DNA from: Eledone cirrhosa | Lineage: Eukaryota | Direction of reading: 5' to 3' | Length of the DNA stretch: 64,000 bases | NCBI GenBank assembly: GCA_964016885.1 | Contig: CAXHJY010000834.1 | Span: forward strand, 1-64,000 | Part shown: piece after piece, positions 15,368-28,432 of the stretch | Layout of the letters: the number at the start of each line of letters is the position of its first letter | Numbering within the stretch: position 1 is the stretch's first letter | Program-made: the position numbers and the translations under genes | The notes under the pieces: model-generated | What the model saw: only the letters and a program-made list of their open reading frames with translations | What the model was told of the DNA's origin: nothing | Databases searched by the model: none

Positions 15368-18300
15368 CATCATCATCATCATCACCATCATTTTACGTCT
15401 GCTCTTCCCTGCTTGTAAGGGTGGGACGGGTCTTATTCAGCACAGCATCTCTCCACTTGTCACGGTCCTTCGTCATCTCCACCGTGAGCTTCAGCGATCT
15501 GAGGTCTGTTCTCACCACCTCCGCCCATGTTTTTCGTGGTCTACCTCTACCACGTTTTCCTTCAACTGGCATTTCCTGGCAATTCTTCACCCATCGGTCA
15601 TACTCTATGCGCATCACATGTCCATACCACCTCAGTCTCCTCTCTCGCACACTACATTCTATCCCTCTCACACAGTTTCTCTCTCAACACATTCATGCTG
15701 GGTCGTTCACACACATTGACACTGCACATCCAACGGAGCATGCTTGCCTCATTTCTCTCCAGCCGTCGCATATCCTCTGCAGTTGCTGCCCATGTCTCAC
15801 TAACATGCAACATCGCGCTCCTCACATAAGCATCATATAAGCGGCCTTTCATACGCAGGGAGAAACCCTTCTTCGTCAGCAGAGGAAGCAGCTCCCTAAA
15901 CTTCTTCCAACCCGTCCTTATTCTAGATACTATGGCCTTGGAACACCCACCTCTCATGCTAATCTGATCTCCTAGGTACCGGAAGCTATCCACCACTTCT
16001 TTAGCACCCACCTGCATTTGAAAAATGTGTCTATCAATGTGACTTCTACTGTCTAATTTCCCTGTACATCTACTCTACTGTAGACATATTTCTCCCTACC
16101 TGTTAGTTTGCCTGCTATCCCATTATATCTCTTGTGTACCCAGGATCTGCATTGTGTGCATTTTATAGAATTTATGCCAGTTCCTTTTCTGCATATCGAA
16201 CATGGCCATTTCCCTGATGGAATCAGAGTTTTGTCCTCTTTTCTACTCATCAACACTTTTGTCTTAGCTAGGTTCACTCTCAGTCCTCTTGATTGCAACT
16301 GCTGTTTCCATAGCCAGAATTTATTCTCTAGCTCCTCTACTGATTCTGCTATAAGAACCAGAGCGTCAGCATAGAGAAGTTCCCATGGACAGCCAGTCTT
16401 AAACTCCTCTGTTATGGCTTGGAGGACTATAACGAACAAGAGCGGGCTGAGGACCGAACCTTGATGTACTCCTACTTGTACCTGGAATTCCTCACTAAAC
16501 TCCATTCCTACCCTGACTTTACTGACAGTACCTCTGTACAAAGTTTGCACTGTCCTCACAAGCCATTCCTCAACACCTAGTTTCCTTAGGGACCACCAGA
16601 TGACAGATCGGGGTACCCTATCAAAGGCCTTCTCTAGGTCAACAAAGGCTAAGTATAGTGGCTTATTTTTCTCTAAGAACCTCTCTTGTAATTGTCTCAC
16701 CAAGAAGAGGGCATCTGTTGTATTCTTCCCAGGCACAAAACCAAACTGCATCTCATCTAGTTTGACCCTTTCTTTAATTAGTTGTGCTAATATCCTTTCT
16801 GCCACTTTCATAACCTGATCCATCGGTTTTATACCCCTATAATTGCTCCTCTCCAGAGCATGCCCTTTACCTTTGTAGCAATTTATGAGAATACTGCAGC
16901 ACCAGTCTTTGGGTATGACACCACCACATATAGCCTGATTGATGATGCATGCAACCAGTTTAGTGCCTACGTCCCCTGATGCCATCAGTATCTCAGCAAC
17001 TATACCCGATGGTCCAGCAGTCTTACCATTTTTCATTTCCTTAATCGCCTCTTGGACCCTATATTCGTCAATCTCAATAGCTGGTCCCTCTGTCGGATCT
17101 ACTGAGGGTAATTTCTCTCTCTCCCATTCGTTCTCCACATTCATCAGTCTCTCATAATGACATTTCCAGGCCTCCTTTTTCTGATCATTCGTGACACTAA
17201 GTACACCAGCATCATTCCGGACACATTTATCTCCAACAACATCCTGATATGCATTGACATACTGCCTTACAATGTGGAACACCGCATGCCTCTGATCTTC
17301 CTGTCACAGAACATTGGCAAACCTCCTACTCTCAGCCTCCCTGCGTGCTAAGTACACCTGACGTCTAGCTTCTCTCTTAGCGGCTGTATATCCTTCCCTA
17401 CTCCCACCCTTTTTCCAAGCCTTCCATGCTAGTCTTTTGTCTCTAATGGTCTTATCTACTGTGCTGTTCCACCACCAGGTCACTCTGTCTGGTTGGAGCT
17501 CCGCTCCAGCCACAAGTTTCATCAGTAGCCTGCAGTAAGTTGTCACGTAAGAAATTCCAGTTATTATCTATGTCATACGACTCTAAATCGTCTTCTTTTT
17601 CGTCATACACATCTTGAAGGGCTTTCCTAAATTTGTATTTTAGTGAAAGGTCTTTTAGCTTCCAGACCTTTCTTCTCCACACCTTCCTGTATGTCTCATT
17701 TCATCTCTTGCTTACTGAGATATCACTAACGACTAACCTATGCTGTGGGGTACTTTCTTCCCCAGGGTATGCCTTGGTATTAAACACTATCTGCTTGTCC
17801 CGCTGCCTAACTAGTAAGAAGTCAATCTGGCTTATGTGCTCGCCAGATTTGTAGGTTATAAGGTGGTTGGCAGGTATCTGGAAGTTAGTGTTGCAAATAG
17901 TCAGTGTACTTGCATCACAAAATTCAAGAAGTCTTACTCCTTCTTCATTTCTTGAGCCGTAACCGTGCCCACCATGTACCCCAGTGTAACAATCCTGGAG
18001 CTGTCCAACATGACCATTGAAGTCCTCTGCTAGCATAATGATGTCTCCGTCCTCTGTCATTGCGGTTGTTTGTAAAGGTTGCTCATAAAAGCAGTCTTTC
18101 TCTTCTTTGCCTAGGCCTGCTTGGGGAAGACAGGCAGAGATGATTGTCAGTAGTCTCCTGCCTACAACTAATCTAAGCTTAATTATTCGATTACTAACTC
18201 GAACTACCTGTATTGTCTTATTGATCCATCTCTCAGCCAGGAAAATGCCTACTCCCCCTAACCCATCATCCTTACCTACCCAGAAAAGCTTATAGCTAAG

Positions 18301-18369
18301 ATGGTTGCCTACGACTGGTCTCGCAGAGGCACCTCTCCATCTCACCTCTTGCACACAGCACATATCCAC
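15368..18369 (-). mobile_element. Near full-length, frameshifted RTE LINE (APE endonuclease + RT), (GAT)n tail
   Basis: APE ORF 17701-18369 (CVQEVRW, DFNGHVG, SQIDF, QHRLV). RT ORF 16053-17282 (QFGFVPG, DLEKAFD, HQGSVLSP). C-terminus RLRWYGHV..GRGRPRKTW. Confidence 0.93.
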
Positions 18370-18734
18370 TGGTTGGATGCCCTTCCTAACACCAGCACCA
18401 CTTTACAGCATGGACTGGGGGCTTTTATTTGTGCCACCAGCACTAGAGAGGATGTCTTACTAGACTCAAGGGCCCTCTCTACCCCTCCATTTTACAGCAT
18501 GGTCATAAAAAAAAAACATTTATTGACACGACACGCACACACACTCACACACCAACACTCATGCATACTAACTACAAACACACACGCCACTCACACACCA
18601 CTCGAACACACATACACATATATATATATTACCGTCAGTACTGATACAAAATCAAAATCATGTCAACTGTTGACTTTTCCAGTCCAGTTCAGTTTTTATA
18701 TAATAATAATAATAATAATTGTTTGCTTTACGCT

Positions 18735-19115
18735 GGTGATGGCGGTGGTGGTCGATGATGTCAGTGATGGTGATGGTGGTGGATGATGTCAGTGATGGTG
18801 ACAGTGGTGGTGGAGGATGGTGCCAGTGATGGTGGTGATGGTGGTGCTGGTGCCAGTGATGGTGGTGGTGGTGGATGGTGATGGTGGTGGATGGTGGTGG
18901 TGGTAGTGGTGGAGGTGAAGGTGGTGGATAGTATCAATAATGGTGATGGTGGTGGTGGTGGGTCGTGACAGTGATGGTGGCGATTGTGGTGGTGGTGAAT
19001 GGTGCCAGTGATGGTGGTGGTGGCAGTAGTGGTGGTGGGGAAGGTGGTGGATAGTGTCAGTGATGGCGGTGGTGGTGGTTGTGGTGGTGGATGGTGTCAG
19101 TGATGGTGGTGGCAG
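18735..19115. repeat. Degenerate (GGT)n-based repeat with recurring gtcagtgatgg units
   Basis: Direct reading. Confidence 0.85.
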
Positions 19116-19121
19116 TTGTTG

Positions 19122-19193
<72 letters not shown>

Positions 19194-19249
19194 TATATAT
19201 GTAGAGAGAGATAGAAAGAGAAAGAATATATATATATATATATATATAA

Positions 19250-20940
19250 TGATAATAATGAAATTATTGTGTACAGTGCTCAGGTGCACTATAACTCATC
19301 AAAGGTGCATGCATAGTACATAGAATAATTGTTTCTACTTTTGGCACAAGGTTAGCAATTACCCCAGTGCATTACTGGTACTTTATTTTATCGACCCCAT
19401 AAGGATGAAAGGCAAAGTTAACCTTGGCGGGATTTGAACTCAGAACGTAAAGAGCCATAACTATGCCACAAAGCATAGCGTACGATGCTCTGCCGATTCT
19501 GCCAGTACAAATGTCAGGAAAGTGAACAGTGTATGAGTTGTGATATACATGTGCGTGTTTGTATGGAGGGGGGGGGGGGTATCAAGTGTAGTGTTAGTGA
19601 ATTTCAGGAAGCATGGAGGTTTTAAAGGATGCAGTGTCTCGGCAGCTAACAACTGATGCAGGTAGTTTGTTCCATGCTTCAGCAACTCTGAGCGTGAAAA
19701 AATGTTTCCGAAAGTCATGGGAACTGTGCTGTTTTCTGACTTTGTAGGCATGCCAAATGTGTTAGACCCATTGAATTCAAAAGGTGCTCAGGGTTGGTGG
19801 CAAGATGGTTAATAATTTTGTGGATGTTTACCAAGTCAGTTGCCCGACGTTGGAGCTTCAATATATCCATGCCCAGGGAAGCAAGGCGTTTAGAGTATGG
19901 TATTTGTTTGGTTGCATGTCTCTGAACAGTTTCCAGGAGGTCAATGTTCTGAGCAAAATAGGGGTTCCAAACAGGTGATGCAAATACTAAGTGTGGTTGC
20001 ACCATAGCTATATACAGCTTTAAATAGATAGCTGGAGAGCGGCTGAGGAAGGTCTTACTGAGTGATGCCAAGACACCATCGGTCCTCTTGACAATTTTAG
20101 AGATGTGCTTTGTCCAATGCAAATTGCTGTTGACAGTAATGCCTAGGTCATGTTCACAAGAAGACTTCTTGATATTAGTGTTGTGGAGGGAGTATGTGGA
20201 TGCTGGATTTTTCCTCCCAAAATACATGGTGGTACACTTGTCCACAGCCAGCTTGAGTTGCCAGTCCGTGATCCATTGCTGCATTGTGTCCAGGTTTGAT
20301 TGCAGGAAAGGATCTGTCCTTTTTATCTCAAGGTACAGTTTGATGTCATCTGCATATTTCATCACTGTAGCATTCTTTAAGTTAACATCTATGTCATTAA
20401 TATATGCAACAAACAAAAGGGGACCAAGAACAGATCCCTGTGGTACAGCAGATGACATCTCATAGGGTGAAGAATGCTGTCCTAGAACCGTGACTACTTC
20501 TTTTCGACTGAGAATGAAAGACTTCAACCAGTTAAAAAGATCATCTTTCACACCCATTGCAGAGAGTTTTGCCATAAGTCTTTTGTGTGGCACAGAATCA
20601 AAAACTTTGGCAAAGTCAAGGTAAACAACATCCACCCATGAGCCACTGTCAGTGATCCGGTTGATGTCTTCAAGAAACTCGATAAGTTGATCACAGCAGC
20701 TGGAGTTAGGGATAAAGCCAAATTGCAATGGCCGGATAAGGCTCTGAGAATTCCAGATGTTTCTGAGTGTTTCTCTGACACAGGATTCCATCAGTTTGGC
20801 AATGCAGCTAGTAAGACTGACTGGATGATAATTGACAGGTGGCATGTGGTTACCCTTTTTGAACAGAGGAATGACACTGGCAGTTTTCCACTGCTCCGGA
20901 GTAGCACCATTGTTGAGACAGTATTGAAAGAAGAGTGAAA
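19250..20940 (-). mobile_element. CR1/L2-group LINE, same family as 12230-13772, with a SINE inserted in its 3'UTR
   Basis: ORF 19715-20845 (YLDFAKVFD, PQGSVLGP, YADD). High similarity to the + copy. Confidence 0.9.
19325..19505 (-). mobile_element. tRNA-derived SINE (Meta-domain-like core)
   Basis: B box gagttcaaatcc and core gcctttcatccttacggggtcgataaaataaagtaccagt. Further copies at ~26765-27225 (two), 32718-32887, 44395-44610, 45000-45430 (two), 49788-49966. Confidence 0.8.
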
Positions 20941-21540
20941 ACTAGTGCAGAAGAAAGTACCCACTACATTTGAGAAGCAGATACATAACACTATCAAGAC
21001 TAGGAGAGGCATAGTTGTGCTTATTCTTACGATGACGTTGTAGCATTGCAAGTGTACATTCCATATGAATATATATATATAAAATTATAGGCTGTCTTTC
21101 ATTTGAAATATGGTAGCTTTCCATCACAATTTTATGTAAAAACTTGTTTTGTTCCAAACACTTGCTTAATAATAAGAATGTTAGTTATATTACTTAATAC
21201 CTCAGAATTCTTGATTATTTTCAAAATTATTTGAAAATTATAGGCAATGTTTTTCGTTAGAAATATAGTAACAGATGGGTTAATGCTCAAGCTCTTCAAC
21301 TGTTAGCTCTCATCTCACTAGCTAGAAAAAGACACTGAGATCCATTTCTTACACCTCATACAAGCAAATATTAGATATTTGTTATGGCTTTCACACAGTT
21401 ATTTAACCCTTTTGTGACTGTATTCCAAATGAAATATACTCTATTTCAATTTGCTAATGAAGAATTTGTAGGGATTTACTTAAATTTTTAATTATTCCAT
21501 TACTAAGATAGTAACTTGATAAATGCTTCTTATATAAAAT

Positions 21541-22435
21541 TAGCTGAATTACCCGGCGTTGCCCAGGTTACTGCTGTTCTTATTCAAATTAGTAAACAAT
21601 AAATATGAAGATATATTATTTTTTTCTCATAATTATTTCAAAATATCTATATTTTATTTTTAAAATATCAAAATTGTAATAATAGTAAAATCTAGAAATG
21701 AAAATCTGTCAATCTTGAAGCACCTTAGGGTAAACAATATTCATTATGTAATTTTTTGTTGGTCTCCAAATGAATAAATTGTTGCTACACACTTACACAT
21801 ATACACTCTCATATACATATACTAAGACAGACACACATTCACGCAAACACATGCATAGCTTTTCACCTCATTTTTGGTCAGTTGCTACATATGTGTAGAT
21901 GTGTGTGTATTTAATCCCATACCTAATGAATGCGCACACGCACACACTCACAGACACATACATATTCATATACAAAATATGACAAAGGTGTATTGTTTTC
22001 TAGTGTTTTAATGCAAATGAAAATAAAAATTATCATACACACTCACTCACACAAACACTCACATACACTCTCACATACATATACTAAGACAGACGCACAC
22101 CAGTCTGTCATCACATATGTATCTGTATATGTAGATGTGTGTGTGTGTTTCATTGTCTGTGTGAAGATAATGTGCATATAACTTACATAGTAACAAACTC
22201 GCAAACACACTCATATACAAAATGTGACTCGTCGTCATCGTGATGGTAGTTTACTATAGTTCACTATATAAATGTTATTTTAGATAAAATATTATATTTT
22301 TTTAATCCAAATGAAAAAAAAATTACATGTTGACACTCCTGGGGTCTAATACCTTGTAAAATTTGATTTGATTTGGTCCAGCCGTTTGAGAATGCATAGG
22401 AACAGATGGACAGATAAAGAATTTTATATATATAT
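21541..22435 (-). mobile_element. Non-autonomous Helitron-like element inserted into a TTAA/CCC-terminated (piggyBac-like) MITE remnant
   Basis: Terminus tagctgaattacccggcgttgccc (hairpin + near-CTAG on minus). The other end is ggtccagccgttt..acagat..ttttatatatat. Flanks 21404-21540 and 22456-22690 are related ttaaccc-starting repeats. Confidence 0.55.
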
Positions 22436-23003
22436 TTTAATTTAAATCGGAACTCTTTAACCCATCCATAACCATATTTTCAATTAAATACACTCTATTT
22501 GAATCAATTAATAAAGAATTTTGAGGGATTTACTAAAGTTATTAATTATTTCATTACTAATACAGTAACTTAACATGGTTCTTATATAAAATTATGTTTA
22601 TTATGTTTTAATTTAAATAGGGTCCCTTTAAAGTGAAAGGTCTTATTTCATAAAACTAGAGGTGGCTATGACTGCACTGGTATCAAAATGGTTATTAAGT
22701 AGTACTAGCAGAAAAACCATCCTTCGAGTGGTTTTCTGCTAGCATCTATAGTGTGTATATTGATATTATACTCAAGTATATATGCATGTAGATATGATAC
22801 ATCAAATAAAATCGTAATTGACAATATAGACAGAAATTGAACGAAATCTGTGTTACACTCTCTTATGTAATCAGTAACGTAATCCATGATACATTAAAAA
22901 AAGACGATATTATATATCTGCTAGCATGTGTAGTGTGCATATTGATATTATATGCAAGTATATATGCATGTAGATATGATCAAATAAAATCGTAATTGAC
23001 AAT

Positions 23004-23345
23004 CATTTCATCATCATTTCATTTTACGTCCGCTTTTCCCTGCCTGCTTGCAAGGGTGGGACGGGAACTGATTCTGGCATGATTTCTACAGTTGGATGCC
23101 CTTCCTAACACCAACCTCATTTACAGTGAGTGCTGGGTGATTTTTTGCTGTGGCACCTCCACGACCACTTTGCAGTGGAATGATAGGAACCCCAGTCCCT
23201 ATCATCTCATTTCTACAGCTGAGTAAACTGGAGCAATGTGAAATAAAGTGTCTTGCTCAAGGAAACAACACATCACCTGGTCTGAGAATTGAACTCACAA
23301 CCTTTCGATTGCAAAGCCAATGCTCTAACCACTAAGCCATGTGCC
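23004..23345 (-). mobile_element. tRNA-headed SINE with RTE-derived 3' tail, TSD tgacaat
   Basis: Near-identical reverse copy at 32355-32686. The tail cccacccttgcaagcagggaaaagcggacgtaaaatga matches the RTE 3' end at ~15390-15430. Confidence 0.85.
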
Positions 23346-24329
23346 TGACAATATACACAGAAATTGAATGAAGACTGCTTTACACTGTCTTATGTAATCA
23401 CTAACGTAATCCATGATACATTAAAAAAAGACAATATTATATATAAACTGCATTAGGAGAAAATTAGTGACAGAAATATATGAATATTTATTTAAACGAT
23501 CACTAACCAGAAGTGTTGACATTTGAAAATTTTAAAGAAGTGAATCTTTAAATAAATAATAACATATATTTAATGAACAGCCACAAAATTTAGTGGATAA
23601 ATTATGTAATATTCATTCATTATTTATTCAAAGTAATCCAACTTATTTTACTAAGGGGTTAAAAAATTATAAACCTTTCATCCTTATGGGGTCGATAAAA
23701 TAAAGTACCAGTAATGTACTGGGATAATTGCTGGCCTTGTGCCAAAAGTAGAAACAATTATTTATTCAAAGTAATTCAACTTATTTTACTAAGGGGTTAA
23801 AAAATTATAAACCATACGCTGTCCCGCACTTCTTACTTTATTATAGTTTAGATTTCATCATTTTATATCCTTTTTCCCATGCGGATATGGGTTGAACAGA
23901 TCTCATTGTATGTCACCCCTTGTCATTTGGCATATGCAGCAACAGAAAACTTGTTGTATATGTAATATTTCTAAAGATGCCCTTCTTATCACCAATTAAT
24001 TTACAGTGTGGACTGGTTACATTTTATTGTGCTACTGATGCTAGAGATGTATGTGGTAGAAACAGTGTACCCTCTATAATGTAGCCATCTTTATTCAGAG
24101 TTAGTGCTCTTAGGTTACATATTGCAGAGTCCATATCTTCTTTGTTTCTTCCTAAATATATTTTATGTTTGGTTCCTATTTCACTAGCTTCACAATTGCA
24201 GATGCTGACACATTCACTTAATTAGTATAGTTTCAGAATTCAGCCACATTGTCAAATGGTGACCAACTATCCTCAGATGTTCTAATCATAAACCACAATA
24301 TTCTCCAGTGCAAATAACTCCAATTGTGT

Positions 24330-25800
24330 GCACAACACACAAAGAAGTATAACACACAAAGAAGTATAACATACAAAGTAGTATAACACAAAGTAATATA
24401 ACATACAAAGTAATACAACACAAAGTAGTATAACATACAAATTAGTATAACACAAAGAAGTACAACACACAAAGTAGTATAACACACAAAGTAGTATAAC
24501 ATACAAAGTAGTATAATACACAAAGTAGTATAACATACAAAGTAGTATAACACACAAAGAAGTACAACACACAAAGTAGTACAACACTCAAAGTAGTATA
24601 ACACACAACGTATAACACACAAAGTAATATAACATACAAAGTAGTATAACACACAAAGTAGTATAACACACAAAGTAGTATAACACACAAAGTAGCATAA
24701 TACACAAAGTAGCATAACACACAAAGTAATATAACACACAAAGTAATATAACACACAAAGTAGTATAATACACAAAGTAGTATAACACACAATGTAGTAT
24801 AACACACAAAGTAATATAACATACAAAGTAGTATAACACACAAAGTAGTATAACACAAAGAAGTATAACACACAAAGTAGTATAACACACAAAGAGTATA
24901 ACACACAAAGTAGTATAACACACAAAGTAGTATAACACACAACGTAGTATAACACACAAAGAAGTATAACACACAAATTAGTACAACACACAAAGTAGTA
25001 TAACACACAAAGTAGTATAACACACAAAGTAGTATAACACACAACGTAATATAACACACAAAGTAATATAACATACAAAGAAGTATAACACACAAAGTAG
25101 TATAACACAAAGAAGTATAACACACAAAGTAGTATAACACACAAAGAGTATAACATACAAAGTAGTACAACACACAGAGTAGTACAACACACAAAGTAGT
25201 ATAACATACAAAGTAGTATAATACACAAAGTAGTATAACATACAAAGTAGTATAACACACAACGTAGTACAATACACAACGTAGTATAACACACAAAGAA
25301 GTACAACACACTAAGTAATACAACACTCAAAGTAGTATAACACACAACATAGTATAACACACAAAGAAGTATAACATACAAAGTAGTATAACACAAAGTA
25401 ATATAACATACAAAGTAATACAACACACAAAGTAGTATAACACACAAAGTAGTATAACAGAAAGTAGTACAATACACAAAGTAGTATAACACAAAGTAGT
25501 ATAACACGCAAAGTAGTATAACATACAAAGTAGTACAATACACAAAGTAGTATAACATACAAAGTAGTACAATGCACAAAGTAGTATAACATACAAAGTA
25601 GTATAACACACAAAGTAGAATGACATACAAAGTAGTACAACACACAAAAAGGTACAATACACAAAGAAGTACAATACATAGAGAGGTACAACACATAAAA
25701 AGGTACATTACTCACAAAGTACAACGTAGAAAGAAGTACAGCACATAAAGTACAACTTACAAAGAAGTACAACACACAAAACAGTATAACAAAGTACAAC
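24330..25800. repeat. ~1.5 kb minisatellite, ~17-bp unit ACACACAAAGTAGTATA
   Basis: Tandem units with 15-17 bp variants, degenerating to the right. Confidence 0.95.
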
Positions 25801-26028
25801 ACAATATAAACAATATGCTGATTCATTTTTTTTATTCAAGAAAAAAATTAAAAAAGATGAAAATAATTCAACAGTTTCTGAGTTTATAGTTTATAACAAT
25901 GTCCAATATCAACTTCCATTTATCATATATTGTTGTGTTGTATTGTCATACATATGATAGTTAACATATATTGTTGTAGTGTCATTTATACACACACACA
26001 TATATGTGTATGTGCATGTATATATATT

Positions 26029-26067
<39 letters not shown>

Positions 26068-26228
26068 TTATGTATATATATATATATATATATATGTATA
26101 TAATTATTTTATATTATATCACACTCTGCTCTGTAAGAACATAGAGTGCTCAACTTGCATACCGCCTATGGAAGCATCATAGCTACCATCCGACACACAT
26201 ATTTATATGTATATATATATATATATAG

Positions 26229-26621
26229 AAATGTAAGCTATCGCCGTATTTTGACTAAAGAAATTAAAGAAATTATTTAGCCTGATAGTGGGGTTAAGAA
26301 CCCTCGGAGAAATGGAAAAAGATGAGTATTGACGTACATGGGAGTCGAACCCACATCTTTGGTTATCCAGACCACTAAGCTACCATTTACACCAACACAT
26401 GTGATGTGTTGGTGTAAATGGTAGCACAGTGGTCTGGATAACCAAAGATGTGGGTTCGACTCCCATGTACGTCAATACTCATCTTTTTCCATTTCTCCGA
26501 GGGTTCTTAACCCCACTATCAGGCTAAATAATTTCTTTAATTTCTTTAGTCAAAATACGGCGACAGCTTACATTTATAATAATTTCAAACCCGCTCGGTG
26601 TTTCGAAAAATATTCTTACTT
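26229..26621 (+). mobile_element. Fold-back cassette C with tRNA-like head
   Basis: ~172-bp arms 26229-26400/26404-26575 with about 3 mismatches and a 3-nt loop. The right arm extends to ~26621. TA on both sides. Confidence 0.85.
26403..26474 (+). tRNA. tRNA-like cloverleaf (probably not a translational tRNA; loop CU-GGA-UA), mirrored on minus at ~26330-26400
   Basis: Acceptor gatgtgt/gtacgtc (several G-U pairs), D arm gtgt..gcac, anticodon arm gtggt/accaa, T arm gtggg-ttcgact-cccat. A box tggtgtaaatgg and B box ggttcgactcc. Confidence 0.6.
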
Positions 26622-27633
26622 AATATATATATATATACATACATATGTATGTATTAATACCCACATGCGCACACACACATATTGCTTCTTTCTTTCTTTT
26701 TTTTTTATTTTGTACCAACTATGCTCTATAGTAAAGAAAAGTAATAACAATAATAATAATAATAATTGTTTCTACTTTTGGCACAAAGCCAGAAATTTGA
26801 AGGGAAAGGGACAGTCAATTAAATCGACCTCAGTGCATTACTGGTGAATTATTTTATTGACTCTATAAGGATGAAAAGCAAAGTTGATCTTTGCAGGATT
26901 TGAAGTCAGAACGTAAAGAACCAGAACAAACACCACAATGGCATTTTATCCAGCTTTCTACTAATTCTGCCGTAAGTAAATACGACAAAACATTTTGTCT
27001 GACGATCTTTGTCTGACGATTTAGGCACAATGCCAACAATTTTAGGGGAGGGGAAAGTTGATTAAAGCGATCCAGTGCCTTACTGGTACTATTTTATTGA
27101 CCCTGTAAGGATGAAAGGCAAAGCTAACCTCAGCAGGATTTGAACTCAGAATGTAAAGGGCCATAATTATTTGCCACAAAGCATGTTGTTCGACACTCTA
27201 CCAATACTGCCAATCCACCACTCTTGTGCCAATAATAATAATATTAATAACAACAATAATAATAATAGATGGAAGTAGGAGGCAAAAAACTTCTACAAGA
27301 ATATATATTCATAAATATTTTGATTGGTCTGTGCATATTTTTTTAAAAATTTGGTTAGAACCATATGAAGAAATAGTGTGGTGCCATTTCCATAGAGAAT
27401 GGCAGTAATACTAAATACAATAATGCTGGGTTATATAGATATATACAGATATTGTATCTTCCGGGAAACAGCAAAACCGTTCCAAAGATATGGCAGCAGA
27501 TAGGAAGGAATCTGGCTGACAACATTCCGGAAAAGGAATATTCCTCATAGAAATTCAATTTGAAATCATCTATGATACAGGTGACATAAATAACTATATT
27601 TGTAAATACATGTGAATGTGTGTGTATATATAT

Positions 27634-28188
27634 ATAAAATTTTTTTTTTGTCATTTTGGAAGCCTCAACAATGCAGATGGGTAAATCTCCGGGTAACTGG
27701 ATCCGGTGATGAAGAGAGAGATGTAAGGGAATGTAGAATAAGATGTATAGTATGTAGAGGAACATAGAAAAGAGCGTAAAAAATAAAAATAATAACACGA
27801 GATAGAGTTACCTTGGGAGAGATTTAATTGTCCCTATATTTCGGATTCGCATCCATCAACTGGGAGTTTTCCGGGGGGGGGGGGGGAGGGGGGAGTTATC
27901 TGTCAGAGAGGAACGGTACATGGCCTCTGTTGTCCGAAATATAGAGACAATTAAATCTCTCCCAAGGTAACTCTATCTCGTGTTATTATTTTTATTTTTT
28001 ACGCTCTTTCCTACGTTCCTCTACACACTATACATCTCACTCTACATTCCCTTACATCTCTCTCTTCACCACCGGATTCTGTTACCCGGAGATTTACCCA
28101 TTTGCATTGTTGAGGCTTCCAAATCTACCATAAAAAAAAAAAAATTTTATTAATCCACAATGCTTCAAGCAAACTTCAATACTCTCTT
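27634..28188 (+). mobile_element. Fold-back cassette D with degenerate hammerhead (27831-27865, minus)
   Basis: Arms ~27634-27845/27933-28150. Minus strand reads tccc-agttgat-ggat gcga atcc-GAAA-tata-ggga. Confidence 0.7.
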
Positions 28189-28275
28189 ATATATATATAT
28201 ACACACATATATATATACATGTGTGTATATAAATATATATATATATATATATGTATGTGTGTATATATATATGTA

Positions 28276-28307
<32 letters not shown>

Positions 28308-28432
28308 CATATATACACACACATACATATATATATACACACATACATATATACACACATACATATATATGTATATGTACATATATACACACACACATAT
28401 ATATATATATGTATAAATATATATATATATAT

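Noticed and set aside
24330-25800. CRISPR-like regular repeat
   Set aside because: Contiguous tandem units without unique spacers, eukaryotic context, no cas genes.
26403-26474. Functional tRNA-Ser(GGA) gene
   Set aside because: No long variable arm, several G-U pairs and a mismatch in the stems, an anticodon atypical for eukaryotes, and located inside a fold-back repeat.
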